Source: an uncultured Candidatus Berkelbacteria bacterium (GTDB lineage Bacteria; Patescibacteriota; UBA1384; CAILIB01). From it: 64,000 nucleotides of DNA. Shown here in pieces: positions 6,235 through 15,772 of the stretch. How positions within the stretch are numbered: the stretch's first letter is position 1; each line of letters opens with the position of its first letter. The stretch covers positions 19-64,018 of the forward strand of contig CAILIB010000037.1 of assembly GCA_903834195.1 (NCBI GenBank), read 5' to 3'. The notes under the pieces are model-generated. The model was not told where the DNA came from. It was given only the letters and a program-made list of their open reading frames with translations, and did no database searches. The position numbers and the translations under genes are program-made.

Positions 6235-8145
6235 ATGGTTGATTTGTTGAGCGCCTTAAACAAAGAACAGCAACTGGCAGTTCAGACGACGGACGGGCCT
6301 GTTTTAATTTTGGCTGGTGCAGGTTCGGGAAAAACTAAGGCCTTAACCCATCGGTTTGCCTATCTTCTTCGAGAAAAGCGGGTGAGCCCGTACCAGATTC
6401 TTTGTGTAACGTTTACCAATAAGGCTGCCAACGAAATGCGCGAGCGTATTGGGCGGTTATTGGGCGATGAACAGGGTGAGGTGACGCTGCCTTGGCTTGG
6501 AACCTTTCACTCGGTTTGTGTGCGCATTTTACGCCGCGAGTTGGAGCATACTTCGCTCGGGTATAGTTCTCGGTTTGCTATTTATGATGAGGGCGACATG
6601 CAGCAGGCAGTAAAGCGGGCTATGACAGAACTGAATATTGATGCCAAGCAGTTTAATCCACGAACAATTCATTCCCAGATTTCGAGTGCTAAAAATGAGT
6701 TGGTAGATCCAAAAGAGTACGGCCAATTTGCTCTAGGCTTGTTTCAGAAAACCGTTCATGCGGTGTACGAGCGGTACCAAAAGTTACTCCGAGATGCTAA
6801 TGCATTGGATTTCGACGACATTATGCTGGTGACACTCGATATGTTTAAGAAGCATCCCGAGATTCTGGCGAAGTACCAGGAGCTCTATCGGTATGTAATG
6901 GTGGATGAGTATCAAGATACGAACAAGGCGCAGTATTTGTTGATCAAACAGTTGGCGTCGGTGAATCGAAACTTATTTGTGATTGGGGACGACTGGCAGT
7001 CGGTGTACTCTTGGCGGGGTGCTGATTTTCGTAATATTTTGGATTTTCACAAGGACTATCCGGATGCCACGATTATTAAACTCGAACAAAATTATCGCTC
7101 CACGCAGACAATTTTGGACGCAGCTCAGGCGGTAATCACTAAAAACGAGCAGCGCAGTGACAAAAAACTCTGGACCAATGGTCCGGTGGGTTCACTCGTA
7201 AGTGTGGTTGAGTGTCTTAATGAGAAAGATGAAGGGGAGTTCATTATTCGCGAAATTAAAGGACTGCTTCGAAGTAGTCAGTTTACCGGTCTGCATTCGT
7301 ATAATGATTTTGTCATTTTATATAGGACCAACGCCCAATCGCGGTTACTGGAAGAAACGCTCCTGAAGTACAGTATTCCATATCGGATTGTGGGAGGGGT
7401 AAAGTTCTACGAACGCAAAGAGGTAAAGGATATTTTGGCCTATTTGCGCCTCATTTCTAACCCGAACGACTGGGTGAGTATGGAGCGAATTATTAATGTT
7501 CCGGCGCGGGGAATTGGGCCAAAGGCAGTATTGGAATTGCGAAGTATGCCTGGAGGTGATCAGCTCGATGTGGCACTTTTACCTGCTAAAGTGCAAACGT
7601 TCTTTATTATGATTGACCAGTTGCGTAAGTTGGCTGAGAATCGAAGTGTTTCTCAGTTGGTTGAAGAAGTTGCGGTTCGGACTGGATATCGTGATTTCCT
7701 GAAGGATGGCTCTATTGAAGGGGAAAGTCGTTGGGAGAACATTCAAGAATTAGTTGGTGCAGCTCAAAGTGCCGAAGATCTGCAGACGTTCTTGGAAAAT
7801 GTTGCGTTAGTTCAGGATGCTGAAGAATCAGTAGATCGTCAGATTGAATCAGGGGAAATTGACGGTGCGCTCACATTGATGACATTGCATGGTTCAAAAG
7901 GGCTCGAGTTTCCCGTGGTGTTCATGAGTGGAATGGAAGAGGGAATTTTCCCTCATAGTCGTGCCTTTACTGAGAAAAATGAAATGGAAGAAGAACGTCG
8001 TTTGGCCTATGTCGGAATGACACGGGCGAAGGAACGGCTGTACTTATTGTATGCGTTTGAGCGTCGGATTTACGGCTTGCTTCAGAGTAATCCTCCATCT
8101 CGGTTTATTTACGAGATTCCTGAGGAGTTGCGGGAAAAGATTTAG
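6235..8145 (+). CDS. pcrA: ATP-dependent DNA helicase, UvrD/PcrA family
   Basis: Walker A AGAGSGKT, DEYQDT (motif II), QNYRS, and the C-terminal TLHGSKGLEF...VGMTRAKERL motifs. Confidence 0.9.
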   Translation: MVDLLSALNKEQQLAVQTTDGPVLILAGAGSGKTKALTHRFAYLLREKRVSPYQILCVTFTNKAANEMRERIGRLLGDEQGEVTLPWLGTFHSVCVRILRRELEHTSLGYSSRFAIYDEGDMQQAVKRAMTELNIDAKQFNPRTIHSQISSAKNELVDPKEYGQFALGLFQKTVHAVYERYQKLLRDANALDFDDIMLVTLDMFKKHPEILAKYQELYRYVMVDEYQDTNKAQYLLIKQLASVNRNLFVIGDDWQSVYSWRGADFRNILDFHKDYPDATIIKLEQNYRSTQTILDAAQAVITKNEQRSDKKLWTNGPVGSLVSVVECLNEKDEGEFIIREIKGLLRSSQFTGLHSYNDFVILYRTNAQSRLLEETLLKYSIPYRIVGGVKFYERKEVKDILAYLRLISNPNDWVSMERIINVPARGIGPKAVLELRSMPGGDQLDVALLPAKVQTFFIMIDQLRKLAENRSVSQLVEEVAVRTGYRDFLKDGSIEGESRWENIQELVGAAQSAEDLQTFLENVALVQDAEESVDRQIESGEIDGALTLMTLHGSKGLEFPVVFMSGMEEGIFPHSRAFTEKNEMEEERRLAYVGMTRAKERLYLLYAFERRIYGLLQSNPPSRFIYEIPEELREKI

Positions 8146-8154
8146 TATAAAAAT

Positions 8155-8194
8155 ATGCCGTTGCCTCCTGCTTGGGGTGGTGCAACGGCATTTT
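8155..8194 (+). terminator. Terminator-like hairpin after the helicase gene
   Basis: 10-bp stem atgccgttgc/gcaacggcat with a 17-nt loop and a short T-run. Confidence 0.55.
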
Positions 8195-8305
8195 AAATAG
8201 TCCCATTTTATCGTGAGGATGTACTACTGTTGTGAAAATATTTTCATTCATTTAGTGTGGGCAGCGTAGACTTTTGGCGCTATTCGACGTACAATAAATC
8301 CACGT

Positions 8306-9289
8306 ATGAAACTACCCAGATCAGTCGTATCGGGATTACTCCTGACGACCGCTGTGATTGCCGGGCTTGTAATAAGTCACGGTCAGTCGCCACTTCCGGC
8401 TCATGCTGCGCAACGCGAAAGCGGGTTTACCATTGTTGGTGAGCCTACTGATCGCCAACCTGAAATCTACCAGGGAAGTTTTACTGATTCCACACTCATA
8501 AGCATGCTTACACATGCAGGTGTTTCTGTTGATGCGAGCGATAAAGTGTACGCGTTTCCTGATCCATCCTTGCACGCTGGTAGTGAAGTTCGGGTGTATC
8601 GACACACTGAAGGTGAGGTAAAAGATGGGAACAAAGTTACCTCAATTAAAACTTGGAAAACTACGGTTAAGGATGTGCTTGATGAACAGGGTACAATTTT
8701 GGCAGATCTAGATGTGGTAACGCCCCCACTCAGTACAGTGCTTGTTCCAAATGAGAAGTTTTCAATTGTAATTACGCGTGTGGCTGTGGCAAATATCGTA
8801 ATTACTTCGCCAATTCCGTACACGACGATTACTAAAAATGACGATACGTTGGAGTATGGTACTACAAAGGTGCAAACTGCTGGTAAAAATGGGGTATCAA
8901 GTGCAATATTTAAAGTCGTACGTGAAAATGGTGAAGTAAAATCACAGGTACAAACTAAGCAGGAAACCACTACTGCACCAGTAACACAGGTGATCGCAAA
9001 AGGTACGCATAAGTTGCAGCTCGACTCTGGTGTTGCTTCCTTCTGTGTAGTTTCATCAGCGGGTGGATGTCATAAGAGTATGACTGCAGCTCACAAAAGC
9101 TTGCCGATGGGGAGTAAAATTACTGTCTACAACCCAGCCACTGGCAAGAGTGTAACCGTAACTATTAACGATAGGGGTCCATATGTTCCAGGTCGTGTGG
9201 TAGACTTAGCTCAAGATGCAGCTGACGCAATTGGCATCAAAGGTCTTGGTCAGGTGATCATCTACAAGTACTATCCGCCAGCAAACTAA
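8306..9289 (+). CDS. Secreted YabE-like cell-wall protein (DUF348-like, G5, RlpA/3D-type DPBB domain)
   Basis: Signal/transmembrane N-terminus. G5-like segment YTTITKNDDTLEYGTTKVQTAGKNG...VIAKGT. C-terminal LPMGSKITVYNPATGKSVTVTINDRGPYVPGRVVDL is typical of the RlpA-like double-psi beta-barrel. Confidence 0.7.
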   Translation: MKLPRSVVSGLLLTTAVIAGLVISHGQSPLPAHAAQRESGFTIVGEPTDRQPEIYQGSFTDSTLISMLTHAGVSVDASDKVYAFPDPSLHAGSEVRVYRHTEGEVKDGNKVTSIKTWKTTVKDVLDEQGTILADLDVVTPPLSTVLVPNEKFSIVITRVAVANIVITSPIPYTTITKNDDTLEYGTTKVQTAGKNGVSSAIFKVVRENGEVKSQVQTKQETTTAPVTQVIAKGTHKLQLDSGVASFCVVSSAGGCHKSMTAAHKSLPMGSKITVYNPATGKSVTVTINDRGPYVPGRVVDLAQDAADAIGIKGLGQVIIYKYYPPAN

Positions 9290-9290
9290 C

Positions 9291-9971
9291 ATGTCGATTA
9301 TTTCACTCACGAACGTTAGTAAGAACTACCTCCTCGATACTGTTGAAGTTCGAGTTCTTAAAGATGTAAACATTTCTATCAAAAAAGGTGAAATGGTGGC
9401 GATTATGGGTCCATCAGGGTCTGGAAAGTCTACCCTCATGAATATGATCGGTCTGCTCGATCGGCCAACCAGCGGTACGCTGAGGTTGGATGGTAAAGAA
9501 ATTCGTCTAACCATGTCCGATAAAGCATTGGCACATTTACGAAGCGAAAAAATCGGCTTTGTGTTTCAGTCGTTTAATTTATTGCCTCGGTTGACTGCAC
9601 TTGCAAACGTCATGATGCCTGCATCATATGCAGGAACTGCTTCTGGAGTGGCTAAAGAAAAAGCAATCGAAATTCTTGGAAGGGTTGGATTAAAAGATCG
9701 TGTAACGCATAGGCCAACTGAAATGTCAGGCGGCGAACGTCAACGTGTTGCAATTGCTCGCGCGCTGATTAATAACCCTGAAATTATTTTAGCTGATGAG
9801 CCAACGGGTAATCTGGATAGTAAATCAGGTAAAGAGGTTATGCAGGTGTTACGTGATCTGAACAATGAAGGTAAGACCATTATTATAATTACGCACGATC
9901 AGACAATTGCTGACTACTGTAGTCGTACAGTACGCATTCTCGACGGTGCGGTAGAGGAGCGTCATGGGTGA
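9291..9971 (+). CDS. ABC transporter ATP-binding protein (MacB/LolD-type)
   Basis: Walker A GPSGSGKST, signature MSGGERQRVAIARAL, Walker [12 protein letters not shown]. Confidence 0.9.
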   Translation: MSIISLTNVSKNYLLDTVEVRVLKDVNISIKKGEMVAIMGPSGSGKSTLMNMIGLLDRPTSGTLRLDGKEIRLTMSDKALAHLRSEKIGFVFQSFNLLPRLTALANVMMPASYAGTASGVAKEKAIEILGRVGLKDRVTHRPTEMSGGERQRVAIARALINNPEIILADEPTGNLDSKSGKEVMQVLRDLNNEGKTIIIITHDQTIADYCSRTVRILDGAVEERHG

Positions 9972-11172
9972 GAATATTCGCACAGCACTTAGTTCGATCT
10001 GGGGTAATAAAGTTCGCAGTTTACTTACACTTCTTGGTGTAGTTATTGGGGTAACGTCAGTTACAACCCTTGTTGCCGTTGGTCAGGGTGTAAAGAATGA
10101 TGTTTCAGGTCTTATTGAAGGCTTGGGAACAAATATTATTACAGTTGTATCGGGCAAAATTGATACGTCAAACTCGGGAAATACAAACCCAGCAAACTTT
10201 GTTTCGGGAGATATTCTTACTCAAAGTGATGTTACAGCCTTACAGGCATTGCCAAGTTTGCAGTCAGTTTCACCAATTGCTTTGGTTTCTGGAGAATTGA
10301 AGGTTGGGGCACTTACCTCACAACCGGTTCTTTTTGGAACAACGAGCAATATCGCACAATCATTCGACATTATTAAAGTTGATAGTGGTCGCATTTTTAA
10401 AGATACTGCTGACGATCAAAAATCTATTGTGCTGAGTTCAATTGCTGCAACTACGTTATTCCCAGGGGAAACCGCAATAGGGAAGCAGGTCACTGTTGGT
10501 ACTGAGGTGCTCACTGTTGTTGGTATTCTAAGTCAGCCAAAATCGAGTAGTCTCTTTGGAAATCAGTTAAGTACACTTTCACTGGTGCCGTTTAATGAGG
10601 CAACTGTACTTAATAAAGGTCGGGTGACTATCAGTCGTATGTATGCAAAGGCATTCGATACACAGCAGGTAAATGATGTGAAGCGCCAAATGCACGATGT
10701 ATTGTTGAAAGCTCATGGCGGGGAAGAAAACTTCACTGTACTTACTCAGGACGATATTCTCGGAATCTTTAGTCAGTTCCTCAACTTAGCAACTGCAATG
10801 GTTTCAGCAATTGCCTCTATATCACTGGTTGTTGGTGGCATTGGAATCATGAATATCATGCTCGTTACGGTTACTGAGCGCACACGAGAGATAGGTCTTC
10901 GCAAAGCTGTTGGTGCAACACAGGGGGCAATCTTAATTCAATTCCTAACCGAGGCTGTAGTTGTTACCCTTGTAGGTGGGATACTTGGACTGCTACTCTC
11001 CTGGGTCATTGCGCAAATCGTTGCCGCGCAAACTCCGCTCCAGCCGCAATTTACTCCGCAAGTTATCGCGCTGGCGATTGGTATTTCAATTATTATCGGG
11101 GCAGTATTCGGACTCTGGCCAGCAATGCGTGCAGCTCGAAAAGATCCAATTGAAGCTCTACGCTACGAATAA
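9964..11172 (+). CDS. ABC transporter permease, FtsX/MacB family
   Basis: N-terminal transmembrane segment, large extracytoplasmic domain, and the C-terminal FtsX-type 3-TM bundle with ERTREIGLRKAVGA. Overlaps the ATPase gene by 8 nt. Confidence 0.85.
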   Translation: MGENIRTALSSIWGNKVRSLLTLLGVVIGVTSVTTLVAVGQGVKNDVSGLIEGLGTNIITVVSGKIDTSNSGNTNPANFVSGDILTQSDVTALQALPSLQSVSPIALVSGELKVGALTSQPVLFGTTSNIAQSFDIIKVDSGRIFKDTADDQKSIVLSSIAATTLFPGETAIGKQVTVGTEVLTVVGILSQPKSSSLFGNQLSTLSLVPFNEATVLNKGRVTISRMYAKAFDTQQVNDVKRQMHDVLLKAHGGEENFTVLTQDDILGIFSQFLNLATAMVSAIASISLVVGGIGIMNIMLVTVTERTREIGLRKAVGATQGAILIQFLTEAVVVTLVGGILGLLLSWVIAQIVAAQTPLQPQFTPQVIALAIGISIIIGAVFGLWPAMRAARKDPIEALRYE

Positions 11173-11259
11173 ACAAGGGTTCGCAGAAAATTTGTTGACG
11201 TCGTTCAACAGCTCGGCTACTATTAGTATATCTTATTAGATACTTTTCGGGGGTAGAGT

Positions 11260-11592
11260 ATGTTCGTTAAGGATATCGAGCGCTTGGGATTAACTGAGAA
11301 GGAATCTCGTGTGTACTTAACGAGCCTGCGAGTAGGGCCGGTGAGTATGCAGGTTTTGGCACGCAAATCCAAGGTTGACCGAGGAACTGCGTACCATGTT
11401 GCGCAGACTCTGACTGAAAAAGGGTTATTTGAAATTGTAGGTGATGGTAAGCGGCCGTTATTCCGTGTTACTCACCCAGCTCGTCTCTACAACTATGTTG
11501 AGCAACAGAAGCAGAAGGCTGATGCACAGTATGCCGCTATGCAGATAATGATTAACGACTTAGAGACGCTCTATCAGGTTGGTGCAGACTAG
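11260..11592 (+). CDS. Small winged-helix transcriptional regulator (TrmB N-terminal-like)
   Basis: LGLTEKESRVYLTSLRVGPVSMQVLARKSKVDRGTAYHVAQTLTEKGL matches the TrmB-type HTH pattern. An SD-like ggggg sits upstream. Confidence 0.55.
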   Translation: MFVKDIERLGLTEKESRVYLTSLRVGPVSMQVLARKSKVDRGTAYHVAQTLTEKGLFEIVGDGKRPLFRVTHPARLYNYVEQQKQKADAQYAAMQIMINDLETLYQVGAD

Positions 11593-11636
11593 TTTAGAGC
11601 TAGTAGTTTAGCTGATTTTCAGCTATAGTTCGGCGG

Positions 11637-12479
11637 ATGATAGACCGCCTCGATCCACAAGAACTGCGCAACCGTTTATATAACGATAAGTACTGGTCCA
11701 AGAAAGATTTGGGGCAGCACTTTTTGATTGATGGTCGTGTTCTCGAAGCAATGCTTGAAGCGGCAGAACTTAGCGAGTCAGATACAGTTGTTGAAGTGGG
11801 GCCAGGGATGGGTGTGCTCACTGAAAAACTCCTTGAACAAGCTGGTCATGTGGTGGCGTTTGAGTACGATTTTCAGATGGTGAAAATTTTGCAAGACGAT
11901 TTTAAGAATGAGAAACTCGAACTCGTTGCAGGGGATGTGTTGCAAACTGCAGTCGAAAAAATTCCGACCATTGGCGCATATAAAGTAGTTGCAAATATTC
12001 CCTATCAAATTACGACGCCGCTGATTAAACTTTTTCTTGAGGGAGGGGTGAGTGTCCTTCCTGAAAGACTCGTATTATTAGTTCAAAAAGAAGTGGGTGA
12101 GCGCCTTACTGCTGGTCCATCCGAAAGTGGTCGGGGCTTCTTATCGATGCTTACACAATACTATTCTGACGCTGAATATGTAGTAACGGTTCCGAGGGCA
12201 TCTTTCTGGCCGATACCAGGGGTAGATTCTGCCGTTATTTCTCTCCACATTAAGCAAGAGCGCCGGTATACAGGAGAAGATGAATCCAACTTCCTCCGCT
12301 ATGTTAAGCGGGCTTGGACGCAACCACGGAAGCAATTAAAGAACGTCCTCGCAGGCATGCGTGGCGTTGCACATACCGAGATCGGGGCCCAATTTATTGC
12401 GCTCGGTTTACCTGAAAATATTCGCGTGCAAGAACTAAATGAAGATCAATGGGATGTTCTCTATAGGGGTAACGTATGA
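11637..12479 (+). CDS. rsmA: 16S rRNA (adenine1518/1519-N6)-dimethyltransferase
   Basis: KKDLGQHFL start motif, SAM motif VVEVGPGMGVLT, and ANIPYQITTP. Confidence 0.9.
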   Translation: MIDRLDPQELRNRLYNDKYWSKKDLGQHFLIDGRVLEAMLEAAELSESDTVVEVGPGMGVLTEKLLEQAGHVVAFEYDFQMVKILQDDFKNEKLELVAGDVLQTAVEKIPTIGAYKVVANIPYQITTPLIKLFLEGGVSVLPERLVLLVQKEVGERLTAGPSESGRGFLSMLTQYYSDAEYVVTVPRASFWPIPGVDSAVISLHIKQERRYTGEDESNFLRYVKRAWTQPRKQLKNVLAGMRGVAHTEIGAQFIALGLPENIRVQELNEDQWDVLYRGNV

Positions 12480-13180
12480 CAATGGAAAACGCACTTTACA
12501 TTGTGGCAACACCAATTGGCAATCTTGGAGATATTACACTTCGCGCACTTGAAGTTTTGAAATCTGTAGACGTGGTGTTTGCTGAAGATACACGTGTAAC
12601 AAGGGCTATATTCAATCGATATGAGATATCCACTCCATTAAAATCCTATCGAGAAGCGGCTGATCGTCGCTTAGTAGAGCGAATGATCACTGAAATTGTC
12701 GGAATGTTACATGAGGGCAAATCGGTTGCATTTGTAAGTGACGCAGGTACTCCAGGTGTATCTGATCCAGGTGATTATTTGGTCTCACGACTGACTGAAC
12801 AGGGGCTAAACGTTGTACCGATTCCAGGCGCTAGTGCACTTGCTGCAATTTTGAGTGTCGCAGGTTTATCGGTGCAGCGACCATTGTTTATTGGGTTTCT
12901 ACCAAAAAAGAAAGGGCACCAAACGTTAATGGGGCAGTTAAAGTCAGTGTTAGTTTCAGGTATTTCCGATGGCATTGTACTGTATGAATCACCTGAGCGT
13001 ATTATTCGTACCCTCCAAGAACTGCTAGAATGGGAAGTAGATTTGCAGGTTTGTCTTGGGAGAGAGCTCACAAAGCAATTTGAGGAAATCCTCCGTGGAA
13101 CACCGCAATCTGTGCTTGAAATCCTTCAGCAACGAAAAACTGTTAAAGGTGAGATTGTTCTATTAGTTTCAAAAAATTAG
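12476..13180 (+). CDS. rsmI: 16S rRNA (cytidine1402-2'-O)-methyltransferase
   Basis: LYIVATPIGNLGDITLRALEVLKSVDVVFAEDTR and SDAGTPGVSDPG. Overlaps rsmA by 4 nt. Confidence 0.9.
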   Translation: MTMENALYIVATPIGNLGDITLRALEVLKSVDVVFAEDTRVTRAIFNRYEISTPLKSYREAADRRLVERMITEIVGMLHEGKSVAFVSDAGTPGVSDPGDYLVSRLTEQGLNVVPIPGASALAAILSVAGLSVQRPLFIGFLPKKKGHQTLMGQLKSVLVSGISDGIVLYESPERIIRTLQELLEWEVDLQVCLGRELTKQFEEILRGTPQSVLEILQQRKTVKGEIVLLVSKN

Positions 13181-13194
13181 CGTAACTTTTTCGC

Positions 13195-14751
13195 ATGCGT
13201 GAACGTCCGTTCTATATTACAACTGCTATTGCATACCCCAATGCTCGCCCACACATGGGTACGGCTTTGGAGTGGGTACAAGCTGATGTGATTGCACGGT
13301 ACATGCGCCTGTTTGCAGGGGTGCCAGTGCGGTTTCAGACTGGTATAGATGAACATGGCTTAAAGATTGCTCGGTCGGCGGAAGCAGCTGGAATGGCTCC
13401 CGCAGAGTTTGTCGATGGTCAGTTGCAACACTTTACCTCGTTGGCCGATGGTTTATCAATTTCAGCCGATCGCTTCATTCGGACAAGTGAAAAAGCCCAT
13501 ATTGAAATGGCGCAAGCCCTGTGGAATGCCTGTGCATCGAAGGGCGATATATATAAGAAAACCTACCGCGCTTGGTATGACGTAAAGGAAGAAGAGTTTC
13601 TTGGCCTTGCCGATGAGATACAAGACCCTTCGGTTTTTGGAGTTGACCCAAAGTTTTTGGAACTGATAGAAGAAGAGAATTACTTTTTTGCAGCGTCGAA
13701 ATACCAAGAGAAAGTGTTAGAAGTATTAAAGAAAGATGAGTACGAAGTTATACCTCGTAATCGTCGTTTAGAGCTTGTGACCTTCATTGAAGAGAAGGGA
13801 CTTCAGGATGTCTCAATTTCCCGAGATTCGAGTAAGTTGTCCTGGGGTGTGCCTGTGCCTGGAGATGAATCTCAAGTAATGTATGTTTGGTTTGATGCGC
13901 TGACAAACTATCTAACTGGTGCAGCATCAGTGGTTGATGGCCAGATTAAACCTAGTGAATTTTGGCCAGCTGCACTCCATGTTGTTGGAAAAGATATTAG
14001 TAGGTTTCATGGGGTACTTTGGACTGCAATGTTACTTTCTGCTGAAATTGCTTTACCTGAAAAGTTACTCGTCCATGGGTTCATTTTAAGTGGTGGACGT
14101 AAAATGAGTAAGTCGCTGGGGAATATTATTGATCCACAGGATTTCCTTGCTCAGTATGGGGTGGAGCCACTGCGATGGTATCTGACACATGCAGTTCCAA
14201 CTTTAAATGACGGCGATTTTACCGATGAACGTTTCCGTCAGGTCTACACAAGTAACCTAGTAAATGATTTTGGCAACCTAGTGAGTAGAGTTGTAAGCAT
14301 GGCGCATAAGTATTGTGATGGTCGCGTGCCGATGGTTTCTGCAGAGCAGGTAGATAATCTCGAGAAAGTGATCGTAGAAGAAAAGTGGCGAGAATATCAC
14401 GCTGCAATGTATACGCTTGAGTTAAGTGGTGCGACTACAGCAGCTCATGAGTTGATGGTTTTCTGTAATCGACGAATAGATGAATTAAAGCCATGGATTT
14501 TGGCAAAAGATGAGTTTAAACGAACAGAATTAGAGGAATTATTATATGAACTTCTGGAAGTTATTCGTCATATTGCTGTGATGTTGCAGCCTGTGTTACC
14601 AGGTACTTCAGCAAAAATTGCAGTAGAAGTATTCCCAGACCTAGATGCAGCCTTTTGGCAGAATGGTACCCAAGGTTCAGCCTGGGGTGCACTAGAGCCA
14701 GGAAGCTTGCTTGGACCATCTCCTATGTTATTTCCTCGATTAGAATCATGA
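13195..14751 (+). CDS. metG: Methionine--tRNA ligase (short form)
   Basis: Class I HIGH-region variant YPNARPHMGTA, WGVPVP, and KMSKS (GRKMSKSLGN). Confidence 0.95.
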   Translation: MRERPFYITTAIAYPNARPHMGTALEWVQADVIARYMRLFAGVPVRFQTGIDEHGLKIARSAEAAGMAPAEFVDGQLQHFTSLADGLSISADRFIRTSEKAHIEMAQALWNACASKGDIYKKTYRAWYDVKEEEFLGLADEIQDPSVFGVDPKFLELIEEENYFFAASKYQEKVLEVLKKDEYEVIPRNRRLELVTFIEEKGLQDVSISRDSSKLSWGVPVPGDESQVMYVWFDALTNYLTGAASVVDGQIKPSEFWPAALHVVGKDISRFHGVLWTAMLLSAEIALPEKLLVHGFILSGGRKMSKSLGNIIDPQDFLAQYGVEPLRWYLTHAVPTLNDGDFTDERFRQVYTSNLVNDFGNLVSRVVSMAHKYCDGRVPMVSAEQVDNLEKVIVEEKWREYHAAMYTLELSGATTAAHELMVFCNRRIDELKPWILAKDEFKRTELEELLYELLEVIRHIAVMLQPVLPGTSAKIAVEVFPDLDAAFWQNGTQGSAWGALEPGSLLGPSPMLFPRLES

Positions 14752-15536
14752 TTGATACACATTGTCATTTAAACTTTTCACCAATGGTGGAGGATGTTCC
14801 TTCAGTTCTTCAGCGTGCTTGGGCGGCTGGAGTAACTGGAATTGTAATTCCAGGAACTGACTCAGACAGCTCTTTTTCGGCAGTTAATATAGCTCGGTTA
14901 TTTCCAGGTGTATATCCAGCTGTGGGTATTCACCCAAGTGAAGTTGAAAAATTAGGTGAGGATGCCGATGCTGAAATCCGTGAACTAGCTGAACTATCGA
15001 CCGTCGTTGCAATTGGTGAAGTTGGACTAGACTATCACTACTTTGAAGGGCTGGATGCGGCTGGGATAGAGCGGGTGAAATTTGCACAGAAGGCATTATT
15101 CACTGATATGATTCAAATTGCACAAGAAGTGCAGAAGCCTCTGATTATTCACAGTAGGGATTGCTTCGAGGATATTTACGAGCACATGGCTGCTCAAGTT
15201 CCAAATCATCCAGCTGTTATTCACTGTTTTACAGGTTCAATAGAAGAAGCTAAACAATGGCTTGAGTTGGGGTATCTACTTTCTTTCACTGGAGTTATTA
15301 CCTACAAAAAGAACGAAGCGTTGCGAGAAATTGTTAAGCATGTTCCAATTGAGCAAATGATGATTGAAACCGATGCTCCGTATTTGGCTCCAGAAGGCTT
15401 TCGTAAAGAAAGTTGTGAACCAAAGTTTGTACGAAATGTGGCCGAGTGTGTAGCAGAGGTTAAGGGTGTTTCACTTGAAGAAGTTATTGATATTACTACT
15501 GAAACTGCAACAAGTTTCTTTAATATTGCACTATGA
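14748..15536 (+). CDS. tatD: TatD-family metal-dependent hydrolase/DNase
   Basis: MIDTHCHLNF start and IGEVGLDYH, HSR, ETDAPYL motifs. Start reset to the ATG at 14748, which overlaps the metG stop (ATGA). Confidence 0.9.
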   Translation: MIDTHCHLNFSPMVEDVPSVLQRAWAAGVTGIVIPGTDSDSSFSAVNIARLFPGVYPAVGIHPSEVEKLGEDADAEIRELAELSTVVAIGEVGLDYHYFEGLDAAGIERVKFAQKALFTDMIQIAQEVQKPLIIHSRDCFEDIYEHMAAQVPNHPAVIHCFTGSIEEAKQWLELGYLLSFTGVITYKKNEALREIVKHVPIEQMMIETDAPYLAPEGFRKESCEPKFVRNVAECVAEVKGVSLEEVIDITTETATSFFNIAL

Positions 15537-15772
15537 TCCGAGTAAAGCCTGAAGGTGTAATTGAATGGATTGGAGCATTGCTTGTATTGCTCGCTTTTAC
15601 CCTTTTAACAGCTGAAGTGTGGTCAGCACACCAGTGGCCATATCTAGTGAGTAATGTAGTCGGATCAATCTGTATTGCATATGGTGCATTTAAAAAGAAA
15701 GACATTCCGCCAGTTGCGCTCAATATAATTTGGCTATTAGTTGCGCTTATTGGTTTGCTTAAACTGATCTAA
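15533..15772 (+). CDS. Small membrane protein (2-3 TM), unknown function
   Basis: 79 aa and hydrophobic. Translationally coupled on both sides (4-nt and 1-nt overlaps). Confidence 0.5.
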   Translation: MIRVKPEGVIEWIGALLVLLAFTLLTAEVWSAHQWPYLVSNVVGSICIAYGAFKKKDIPPVALNIIWLLVALIGLLKLI

